Origin: the human T2T-CHM13v2.0 reference genome, Homo sapiens
Reading direction: 5' to 3' (one strand)
Assembly (NCBI RefSeq): GCF_009914755.1
Contig: NC_060938.1
DNA: 64,000 nucleotides
Within the stretch, counting starts at the first letter, position 1. The number at the start of each line of letters is the position of its first letter. Both the position numbers and the translations under genes were made by a program. The notes beneath the pieces were generated by a model. The model had not been told where the DNA came from, made no database searches, and was given only the letters and a program-made list of their open reading frames with translations. Of the stretch, positions 43,558 through 64,000 are shown piece by piece.

Positions 43558-43794
43558 GAACAGCAGCAGTATTGGTATCGACAGCACTTGCTTAGTTTGC
43601 AACAGAGGACAAAAGTTCATTTGCCAGGACACAAAAAGGGTCCTGTGGTAGCAAAGGATACACCAGAGCCGGTAAAAGAAGAAGTTACAGTACCTGCCAC
43701 CAGTCAAGTTCCAGAATCTCCTTCTTCTGAGGAGCCCCCATTGCCACCTCCAAATGAGGAAGTGCCACCTCCTCTCCCACCTGAGGAACCCCAG
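43558..43794 (+). CDS. YLPM1: YLPM1 coding exon 2 (237 nt, 79 codons)
   Basis: Acceptor GTTGTAG|GAA; EQQQYWYRQHLL...PPEEPQ; donor CAG|GTAACC; phases 0/0. Confidence 0.96.
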
Positions 43795-43810
43795 GTAACC
43801 ATATAATTAA

Positions 43811-45250
<1,440 letters not shown>

Positions 45251-45514
45251 TAGGAATAATAAGATTATTATTCCAGTGAAGACTATGGAATTTATAAACT
45301 CCTTTGTATTAGTATCCATAATAGTATAGATAGAGCTATGTGTTTTATCTAAAGATAGAATAGCTGTTCTCAATCCAAAAAGAACTGAAGATACTGTGTT
45401 TGACAGTTGGATATTTCTGAGTTGTAGGGATTCTGGACTTTATAATACATTTATAAAATATTTTTGCTTGCTGTTTTATGACTTACATAAAGATGTGTCC
45501 TCTTTTATCTTTAG

Positions 45515-45694
45515 TCTGAGGACCCAGAAGAAGATGCCAGGTTAAAGCAGTTGCAGGCTGCAGCAGCACACTGGCAGCAGCACCAGCAGCATCGAGTCGG
45601 TTTCCAGTATCAGGGAATAATGCAGAAGCACACTCAGTTACAGCAGATTCTACAACAGTATCAGCAGATTATACAGCCCCCACCACATATACAG
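45515..45694 (+). CDS. YLPM1: YLPM1 coding exon 3 (180 nt, 60 codons), ends at a GC donor
   Basis: Acceptor TCTTTTATCTTTAG|TCT; SEDPEEDARLKQLQ...PPPHIQ; donor CAG|GCAAGT keeps frame with exon 4. Confidence 0.93.
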
Positions 45695-46443
45695 GCAAGT
45701 GCTTCCATAGTCCACAATAGGAAGTTGCCCCAAGACATTGAAAGGATTTGTTATTCTTGAAAGATTTAAGTGTAAAAAACAAAAGATACCAACTGTTGAC
45801 AATTAGTTGTTTCCCAAGGGGTGCCCAAGTAGTTATCTGCCACATTACCTGGGGGACTGGGGAGGGGTTGGTTATAGTAGAGTTTCCTGATCATGTCAAC
45901 CCAGGCCAGATGTTAGCTTACTATTGCTAAGGGTCTTAAGAGCTGGGGATTTTTACCATATAGCTACAGGTTAACCTGTGTTTTGCCTGTAAACTACAAC
46001 AGTAACAGATAAGCAAAGAGGCCAAAAACAGCCATCACAAAAAACCTAAGCAAATATACCGTAAAAGATAAAGTGACTTAGATACTTGTTTGTGTTGTAT
46101 CTTTGAGGGGTAATGTTGTGTCTGTATATCTATAATAACAGATCATTTTTCAGGTTCTTGAAATTATCCATATTAAAAACTTGAAAAATACTTATTGCTA
46201 AGATAGGTATTTGCTTTATTGTTTGGTTGGTTTTTCCAACTCTGTAGTAAGTTGTCTAAGCCAAAGGAAGGAAGAAGAATGATCATCACTCAAAGAACTT
46301 AACGAACTTATTCTTAGCCTCCCAAAGTCTTTAGTGTTCTAATTTCCTAAAGCGTCAAATGCCCTTGATTCATTAATATTTTAACCTATGATTAATTATC
46401 TTATATGAATGGTTTTAAATAGTTTTTATCCCTTTATTTGTAG

Positions 46444-47435
46444 ACCATGTCTGTAGATATGCAGCTGCGGCATTATGAGATGCAGCAGCAACAGTTTCAA
46501 CATCTTTACCAAGAATGGGAGCGAGAGTTTCAGCTATGGGAGGAACAACTCCATTCCTATCCTCATAAAGATCAGCTTCAGGAGTATGAGAAGCAGTGGA
46601 AAACATGGCAGGGACATATGAAAGCCACTCAGAGCTATCTCCAGGAGAAAGTCAATTCATTTCAGAACATGAAGAACCAGTATATGGGGAACATGTCAAT
46701 GCCACCTCCTTTTGTTCCATATTCTCAGATGCCTCCACCTCTACCTACAATGCCCCCTCCAGTGTTGCCTCCTTCATTGCCACCACCAGTGATGCCCCCT
46801 GCCCTCCCTGCTACAGTGCCACCACCTGGCATGCCCCCACCTGTTATGCCACCTTCTCTACCAACCTCTGTTCCCCCACCAGGGATGCCTCCTTCTCTCT
46901 CTTCTGCAGGGCCACCACCAGTTCTCCCCCCACCTTCCCTGTCTTCTGCAGGGCCACCACCAGTTCTTCCCCCACCATCTCTCTCTTCAACAGCACCTCC
47001 ACCTGTCATGCCCCTCCCACCATTGTCTTCAGCTACACCTCCTCCAGGAATACCTCCCCCTGGAGTTCCACAAGGGATACCTCCTCAGTTAACAGCAGCC
47101 CCAGTTCCACCAGCCTCCAGTTCACAGAGCTCGCAAGTTCCAGAGAAACCTAGACCAGCACTGCTTCCTACTCCTGTGTCTTTTGGTTCTGCCCCACCGA
47201 CAACTTACCATCCTCCGTTGCAATCAGCTGGTCCATCAGAACAAGTGAATTCAAAAGCTCCTTTGAGCAAGTCTGCTCTGCCATACAGTTCATTCTCATC
47301 TGATCAAGGACTTGGGGAGTCTTCAGCTGCTCCATCTCAGCCAATCACTGCAGTGAAGGACATGCCAGTGAGATCAGGTGGCCTGCTTCCAGATCCTCCT
47401 AGAAGTAGTTACTTGGAAAGTCCAAGAGGCCCAAG
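46444..47435 (+). CDS. YLPM1: YLPM1 coding exon 4 (992 nt): Q/E-rich helical segment then polyproline repeats
   Basis: Acceptor TTTGTAG|ACC ATG; TMSVDMQLRH...ESPRGP(R); donor AAG|GTAGGT, phase 2. Confidence 0.96.
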
Positions 47436-48179
47436 GTAGGTCTGCTTTTTTTTCTCTTTTTTTTTGGTTTGGCTATTTTATTGACTTAGGCTATTTGGTT
47501 CTCGATGGTATAAAAAGCTTCATTTATACAATGTTTATACTCTCTTTGTACTTATATTGTCTGCTTGTTAAGACATCACGTATGTAATCTAGAAAAGGTA
47601 ACATGCCCCCATTTCTTTGATGTCTCTGCTTTTGTCCTATATGTAGAGATTATAATCCAGAATGAATGTAGTATTGTAGAGTAATGCTAATCATTTTGTA
47701 TTGACTTATTAGCTTTAAAAATAATATTAAACTTTATCTTTTGTTTGCTTTTTCATTCATTTGACAAATAATTGAATTGGCAATTACTATTTGTTAGATA
47801 ATTTGTTAGTTGTTAGAGATAAAGATGAATAAGCCAATATTCTACTGGCTTGAGGCAGTGAAATTTAGCATAAGGTAAGTAGGACTTTTATTTTATCCAT
47901 TCAGCAAATATTTAAGTTCCTGCTCTTGTACTTAGAGCAGTGAATATAGCAGAACACATAAAATTCCTGCCCCCATGGAGCTTACATCCTTTATATTTTC
48001 CCCAGTTAAGGAGATACTTCTGTTTATCCTGAACAACATATTTAGAAAGAAAAAAAATTGCTGGTGTGTAAGTTTTTTCTCTTTACCTTCTAAAAACTGT
48101 TAAATTCATTTTTTCCAAGTTTGTAAAAATAGATTTTTCTCCCCAAGTTGACCTAAATGATAACTTTTCTATGGAAATT

Positions 48180-56395
<8,216 letters not shown>

Positions 56396-59289
56396 CAAAT
56401 AGTGATAAATATTTGCCATTTATATGTAGTGTTGAAAGTGTATTTCAAATGGTTTCAACAATTTCTGGCCCCCAGAATGAAAATAAAATGATGGGCCTTG
56501 GCTGTTGATCAGCAATTTGGTCTGAAAACAAAGCACCCTACCCTTTCAACCCTTCTGCCATGTCCTCTTATCTGCACACCTTTTAATGCCTCCTACTTCC
56601 TTTGTCCTTTCTTCTGGCTTTTACACATGCTCTTTTCTTTGTCTGGAATTCCCTTCTTGCCATTCTTTGCTTTATTTATTCCTATTTTTCCTGCCCTGGG
56701 GCAGCACTTCAGTAATTACAGATTGGGATTATTTAATGAAATCAGACATTGGGAATACTTTGGTTAGCAAGACAAACATGTTCCATATTTATCAAATTCT
56801 GTTCTAATTGTTGAGTTAATTGTCTCACTCTTCCTGTGGACAGTGAACTCCTTGAGGTTAGGCATGACTCTCTTTTTAGCACCAGCTCATTACCTGACAA
56901 TCAGTATGTGTTCAGTGAAAGTTGCTTCTTCCAAAATGTCAGTCATGGATAAAATTCTCAAGGCATTCACAATTTTGTTAGGAAGGGACTTTGCTCATAT
57001 TTAGAATTTGATTAGAATACTAGATAACATGTTAATAAGGTCTCTCATGGACTCTTGTACATTGTGGAAGATAGTCTTCTTTTATCACTTATGTGAACAA
57101 ATAATTGCTACATTTAATACATAGCAAATGATTTTATACAACTTTAATGATCTGATATATTATTGAGGCACTTTAAATTAATAAGTGTAATTCCGAGAAA
57201 GGAACCACACCTTCACAAGCCCTAAAGCGGCATACTTTTTTTTCCTTCTGTAAATATATACTCTCCATCCTTAGCATTGTGATGTATATACTTTGACAAG
57301 TTTCTGGTCACCTTCTTTCGCCTTTGCCCATTATAGCTCTGCCAAGCCTTCACTACTTCGCATAGACCATCTACTCTAGTGCTGCTTTCTCAATCTTAGC
57401 AAACATTTTTATTTTGCATTATATTTATAATTTAGCTTCCTGCCTTACAGGAAATCAAGTTTACCTATCAAGCCCAGTAAAACATCTCACTTCTAACCCT
57501 TAGCTTTACTTAGCATGCTCATAATCTTGTAGTCTCAGGAGAAGTGGCCCTTCTGATGAGAGCTAATCCTCTCTCTGTGCCCTTTAAAGAGATACAGTTT
57601 ACATTTTTATCAAAGTGATTCATATGCATGGTTTAAAAAAATTGGGCCAAATGGCCACCCACTGCTCCATGCCCTCCAAATGTTTTTGCCAATGGCATCC
57701 TCTTTCAATTATTTAGCTGTTTCTTTTGGTCGCCATCTTCATAGCACTAAATAATTATGTTGCCCTTTTCACTACTTAAACACTTACACATTTTAGATAT
57801 TACATATTTATTTAACTGTCCTGAAAAATAAAGTTTTCGTTCTTCCTCAACACTCTGCCATATGGGTGTTAACTACAGCATTCCCCTTGCTGACCCTCCG
57901 GAATGTGATTTGCTGTTTATCGAATCTCATGGCTTCCTGTTACCATTCAGTACCTCCATTTCCTGGAGTGCATGCTCAAGTAACTTGCTAAGGAAGTGTG
58001 GGTGAGGGGTAAATTTTCTGAGTCGTCCTGTATCTGACAATGTCTTTATTCTAATCTCACACTTACTTGCTAATTTGGATATAAAATATGATGTTGAAGA
58101 TAATTATTCCTCAAGGTTTTAGGATCATTGTTCTATTTTGTTCTATCACATTGTGTAGGTGTTATACTGTTCTGATTCTTTTCCTGTTTTGGTGACCTCC
58201 TCTCTCCCAAACTTAAAAAATCTCTGGTATTCTGAAATTTCAGTGTTTTTTGTTTGCTTATTTAGTTTTATTATTAATTGTACTGAGTAGTCAGTATGCT
58301 GGCCCCTTTCTGTCTAGAGATTGGAATCTCTTAACTTTGGGACATTTCTTTGTGCTATTTCTTCATTCATTTTTTTTCTCTCGTTTTCTGTTTCTGGAAC
58401 TCTTCATTAGTAGGATTTTGGATCTGTTGGATTGATTATCTTTGTGCCTTTTATCTTACATTTTGTTGTACTTCCTGAGATACTTTAACTTCTAGTCCTT
58501 TATTGCATCTTTTATTTTGAGAATTGGAAATTTTTTTTTCTGTGGTTCTTCTGGCGTTGATCTTTTTTATAAATAGCACATTGTTCTTGATTTATAGATG
58601 CAGTCTCTTTAAGAATCTCTCTGAGGATAACAATTTGAGTTGAAAGTTCTTTTCTGCTTTTTGCATTCTGTTTTCTCCAAATTCAGATCCTATTTATTTA
58701 TCTTTAGTTTTTCTTTCATTTTGGACGTGTTCCTCAAATATCTAGCAATCCTTGGCTGTGCATTTATGTTTAAGCATGGAAGACACTGACAAACTGATTG
58801 GGAGCTCTGTGTATATGAGAGGGGCTTGTTACCTGTCAGGTTTCTGCTTTATGTGAATAGGGTAAGGAACTGTTACTACTGCTAGGGGACTCTCAAATTC
58901 AAGGATTTAAGAGACATTCAGCCTAAGGAAAGGCTGGTTGATGGTTCCGAATATAGATTTACGTATTTTTAGCCCCAAGTTTTACTCCTTTCCTTCCCTA
59001 GCACCCCCTAGTGTCTGAGAATCCTGACCTTCTCTGAGGTTCTCTGGGCAAGCCAGCCTTCTTTTGATTTTATCCCTTTCTGCCATCAGTACTCTAAACT
59101 GGTTTCTTCCTGCTCTGTAAGTTACCACTCATATTTGTTCTTTGTCTTTCAGAATGTACAAACAAGATTTTCATCTTCTGATTACCTCCTCTCTCTGTTT
59201 ATTATGGGTTTGTGTATTTTTGAGTTCCTTGCAATGGGTTTGTAAAAGGTCAACTTGGCTGAGCTAAACTCCATTTCCCAAAATTCCCT

Positions 59290-59588
59290 TTCTCTCTCTT
59301 TTTTTTTTGAGACAAAGTCTCACTTTGTCACCCAGGCTGGAGTGCAGTGGCACCACCTCAGGCTCACTGCATTCTCCACCTCTTGGGTTCAAGTGATTCT
59401 CCTACCTCTGCCTTCCGAGTAGCTGGGATTATAGGCACACGCCACCATGCCCAGCTTAAGTTTTCTATTAGTAGAGACAGGGTTTCACCATGTTGGCCAG
59501 GCTGGTCTCTAACTCCTGACCTCAAGTGATCCACTCGCCTCCGCGTCCCAAAGTGCTGGGATTACAGGCGTGAGCCACCGTGCCTGGC
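59290..59588 (-). mobile_element. Antisense Alu
   Basis: Alu reverse-complement motifs. Confidence 0.92.
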
Positions 59589-59639
59589 AGTCTTTCCCAT
59601 ATGTTTCTGATTAGGTTGGGTCACAGGGAGATTTTCACA

Positions 59640-60480
59640 CCTAACATGAGACATTTATTGCTGGACAACCAAAAACATTCTCTTTCCCCAGAAAAGCACA
59701 CAAAGTCTTTTTTTTTTTGTCTTTAAGATAATATTAGTTCATCCTTCTCCACCTGATTCACACTCCCTCTTTCATGTTCTGTAACTTAAATACTGAAATA
59801 TAAGGTTAACTCTTATTAACACATGTTAGATAATAAGGAAGAAAACTAATGAACCAAAAAATATTTGGTTAATACACACACACACACACACACATATTTA
59901 AACACAAATATATCAAATTAAGGAAGAAATATTTGTAACTATTGTAGTCCATATTTCTGCAATGGTCATGTGGTCATAGCTGGTATATATGTTCTTCCAC
60001 TACTCATTCCATATTCCCTTTGCTCTAAGTAAGTACTTCAGCCAATTCGGATTCCTTGCCTCATGGGGTGACCCAGGCTTTCATTCTTGAAAGATATGGG
60101 CTATTAGCAGTTCTTTCTGAATTACTTCTGCTGTTTGCAGTTCTACAAAACCCTTTGCAATTTTCCGTGGACTTGAATCTCAGGACATGGGAAATACTAA
60201 GAGATGTCCTAGAGGATCTCTTGCATTTCAGACACACTTCACTTCACCTGTATTGTGCAATAGTCACTCAAATTCCTCTTGAAAGTTAGGGTCAGTTATC
60301 CCCAGTGAATACAGTAACCCTCTCCATTGCCTCTTGATTTGGAACTTCAGAGTAAAGTTGGGGTCTCAACTTCAGGTTAGTGGAATCATTTGTTGTGTCC
60401 CCTAGTGGATGTGTTCGTCTCTTTGAAACTAGACTTTTAGAACAACAAAGCCTAAAGTCACAGGGATAGGAAATAAATAT
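59640..60480 (-). mobile_element. ERV-L internal remnant including degenerate dUTPase region; (CA)n at ~59875-59893
   Basis: Minus-strand peptide PLGDTT..NLKLR..NQEAMERVTVFTG resembles recalled HERV-L PPGDTTMIPLNWKLRL..QQAKKGVTVLAG. Confidence 0.72.
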
Positions 60481-62075
60481 TTTGCCAACACTGAATTTAT
60501 TAGTCTTCATTGATTTCCCAAAGAAATGAAAGAAAAAGCCTCCTAGCACTCATTAAAAGTCATGAAAGGCATCACTGTCTACTACTCAGTCACCTAAGCC
60601 AGAAACCTTGGAATCATCTTAAATTCTTCCCTTACAACTATCATTTTATTTCTACTGGTGACAAAATCCTATCAATTCTACCTTATTTTACATCTCTCAC
60701 TTTTATCCCCTCCTCTACATTCTCATATCAGTCACTGCCTTAGACTAGGCATCACCTTCACTTACCCAAATTGTAAAGATGATCTTTAAACTTTTTGTCT
60801 CTGTCCACTATTTTTCTGCTAAAGCAATCTTTTAAAAATCAGACTATATTTAGTGGCTCTAAGTGCTTATAAGGTAACACCAAACTCCTTAACCAGCTGA
60901 ATTAATTTATCTGTTATAATCGAGATCCAAGTCAGATGGCTTTAACAAGTTAGAAGTTTATTCTCTCTTAGGACTTAGGTGATGGTTCAGGAATCCAGTT
61001 CCTTCTGATTTACCTGGTCTTGGATATTTCACCACCATGTCAGAACCAGCATGAAAAAGGAAATGGAGAAGAGGAGGATGTGCCCTTTCCTTTAAGGGGA
61101 CAACCCAGAAGATGTGCAAATCATTTTCACTCTCAGCTCCTTGGCCAGAACTTGGCTGCCAGTTCTAGCTGCAAGAGATATTGAGAAAGAGAGTCTTGTC
61201 TGGGGGGCCTTGTGTCTAGCTACAGGAGGCCTGTTATTGTAGATAAGTGGGGAATGGGTATTGGAAGACCACCAGTAGTCTCTGCCACATGAGGCATACA
61301 CAATCTTCTGGAGAGTGATCCTCGCTTACTTCTTTACCTTATTTTTTAGTGTGCTGCTTTTCCACATTTCCCTCTTTATCAGCTCTCTTGACTCTGTTTC
61401 CCCTTTGCATTAGCCATGCTAAACTATTTGCACTTCCAAACATGCTCTGCTGATACACGTTTCTCCGCCTTTCCTCTTGCTTCCTTAGCTTGAGGTGCCC
61501 TTGCCACATACTTTCCTCATCTCCAACTCATTCTGTCAGCTTGATTTCAGAGAAGTTGTCTTTTAAAACTCAACATAAGCCTCTCCAATTCTGTTTTCCT
61601 TATTGTGTACACATAGACTTGAGACATTACATCTCTTGGTACTTATTTACACTTAGATTATCTTTATATTTTGTTGTAAACTCTTTGAGGGCACATATGA
61701 CATTTTATTCTTGTATCTCTTGGATGTAATGTAATGCCTGACAGATAAAGGATGTGTACTTTCTTTTTACTGGATGAGCAAGTGGGTTTATAGCAAAAAT
61801 AACTGTGCAGACTTTTTAAAATGTCAGAACCTACTCTTAAGATAGGGCTACTGTTTCTTTTTTTTTTTTTTTTAACTTTTGTCAATCAAAATGTTAGTGC
61901 TAGCTCTAACAATATTTATAATCATCCTATATTTTCTTGTTAGTCTTTTCATATTTAGTTTTTAGTTACAATTTAATTCCAGAAGTGCTCAGAGTTAGTT
62001 ATGGAATTTGTTAATTTTTTTCTCTTTAAAATGAGCAGCCTTTTCTGTCTCCTAAGGCACAGTATTTATAATTGC

Positions 62076-62413
<338 letters not shown>

Positions 62414-62689
62414 TAACCGTTCAGTATATCAGTGACTTGCGGCAGGAGATGTGTTGAAGTAAGTTAGATAATACTGACATGATTTCCAAAGCCTGTCCTA
62501 AGACCTTCTGAGCACTGCCACCTTAACATACTGGTTCTAAGATATTGGTGACTCAGGATTAATTTAATGACTGAAAAGAGTCATTGTTGTAAACAAATTC
62601 TAAGGCAAGAGTGCCTTAAATATTCTTACATGGAGAATTTTTTTTTTCTGCTTTACTGTCTTGAGTAATATCTTTTGTTTTACTTGTAG

Positions 62690-64000
62690 ATTTGATGGTC
62701 CTCGAAGATTTGAGGATTTAGGGTCAAGGTGTGAAGGACCGAGACCCAAAGGGCCTCGTTTTGAAGGAAATCGCCCCGATGGGCCAAGACCCAGATATGA
62801 AGGTCACCCAGCAGAGGGCACTAAAAGCAAGTGGGGAATGATTCCCCGGGGGCCAGCATCTCAATTTTATATTACCCCCAGTACATCCCTAAGTCCTCGA
62901 CAGAGTGGACCACAGTGGAAAGGCCCCAAACCAGCTTTTGGACAGCAGCATCAGCAGCAACCTAAGTCACAAGCAGAACCTCTTTCAGGAAACAAAGAAC
63001 CATTAGCAGACACCAGTAGTAACCAGCAGAAGAATTTTAAAATGCAATCAGCTGCATTTTCCATTGCTGCAGATGTAAAGGATGTCAAGGCGGCTCAGTC
63101 AAATGAGAATCTAAGCGACTCTCAACAAGAGCCACCTAAAAGTGAAGTCTCGGAAGGGCCCGTAGAGCCCTCTAATTGGGACCAGAATGTTCAAAGTATG
63201 GAGACTCAAATCGACAAAGCCCAAGCTGTTACTCAGCCTGTACCCCTTGCGAATAAGCCTGTACCTGCTCAATCTACTTTTCCTTCAAAAACAGGGGGGA
63301 TGGAGGGAGGAACAGCAGTAGCAACATCATCATTAACAGCAGATAATGATTTTAAACCTGTGGGTATTGGTCTACCCCATTCAGAAAACAACCAAGATAA
63401 AGGCCTGCCTCGGCCAGATAATAGAGATAATAGATTAGAAGGCAATAGAGGCAACAGCTCATCTTACAGAGGTCCTGGGCAAAGCAGAATGGAAGACACA
63501 CGGGATAAAGGTCTAGTAAACAGAGGTCGCGGCCAGGCAATCAGTCGAGGCCCAGGATTGGTCAAGCAAGAAGACTTTCGGGATAAGATGATGGGTAGAA
63601 GAGAAGATAGTCGAGAGAAGATGAACAGAGGAGAAGGTAGCCGGGACAGAGGGTTGGTGAGGCCTGGAAGCAGTCGGGAGAAAGTGCCAGGTGGTCTTCA
63701 AGGGAGCCAGGACAGGGGTGCAGCTGGCAGCCGAGAAAGGGGACCACCTCGGAGGGCTGGCAGTCAGGAGAGGGGACCTCTTCGAAGGGCTGGGAGTAGA
63801 GAGAGAATACCACCCCGAAGAGCTGGGAGCAGGGAGAGAGGACCACCTCGAGGGCCTGGCAGTCGAGAAAGGGGACTGGGAAGATCAGATTTTGGTCGTG
63901 ATAGAGGTCCATTCAGACCAGAACCAGGAGATGGTGGGGAAAAAATGTATCCATATCACCGGGATGAGCCTCCTAGGGCTCCATGGAACCATGGAGAAGA
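62690..64000 (+). CDS. YLPM1: YLPM1 coding exon 5 (large exon, continues beyond window); Arg/Gly/Glu/Asp-rich
   Basis: Acceptor TACTTGTAG|A completes AG|A (Arg). Open frame FDGPRRFEDLGSRCEGPRP...APWNHGE has no stop to 64000, which is why it is absent from the ORF track. Confidence 0.95.

Noticed and set aside
46596-47153. 185-aa alternative-frame ORF and 94-aa antisense Gly-rich ORF in exon 4
   Set aside because: Shadows of CCN codon runs, deep inside the CDS and without independent evidence.
46447-47439. 330-aa ORF as a stand-alone gene
   Set aside because: It is exon 4; its stop is the TAG inside the donor GTAGGT.
57430-57570. Acceptor-like TTCCTGCCTTACAG|G in intron 4 (possible cryptic exon)
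   Set aside because: No convincing downstream donor identified; such sites are common.

Overview
Human-type (primate) genomic DNA, very Alu-rich, matching the FCF1-YLPM1 locus (14q24.3, recognised from memory of the proteins). Positions 1-31 hold the last codons of FCF1 (PDDYGAPRF*), followed by a 3' UTR built largely from repeats: a solo ERV LTR, inverted Alus and an L1 3' end carrying a poly(A) signal. About 26 kb of almost pure nested transposon sequence follows. A CpG-island promoter (~28.3-29.1 kb) then leads into the first five coding exons of YLPM1 on the + strand: 28599-29471, 43558-43794, 45515-45694, 46444-47435 and 62690 to beyond the window end. These splice into one open frame, using a GC donor at intron 3. 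Nearly all other ORFs in the track are Alu or L1 translation artefacts. I found no convincing new gene system. The strongest second-look items are: (1) an apparently coupled GC/GT donor plus internal acceptor choice that gives an in-frame 195-codon deletion in YLPM1; (2) an inverted, locally templated ~220-bp duplication that split an Alu at 23.2-24.4 kb; (3) the retroelement-built FCF1 3' UTR; (4) a MADE1 hairpin and an ERV-L dUTPase fossil in YLPM1 introns. Repeat subfamily names come from recalled consensus sequences and need RepeatMasker/Dfam confirmation; repeat boundaries are approximate unless TSDs are given.
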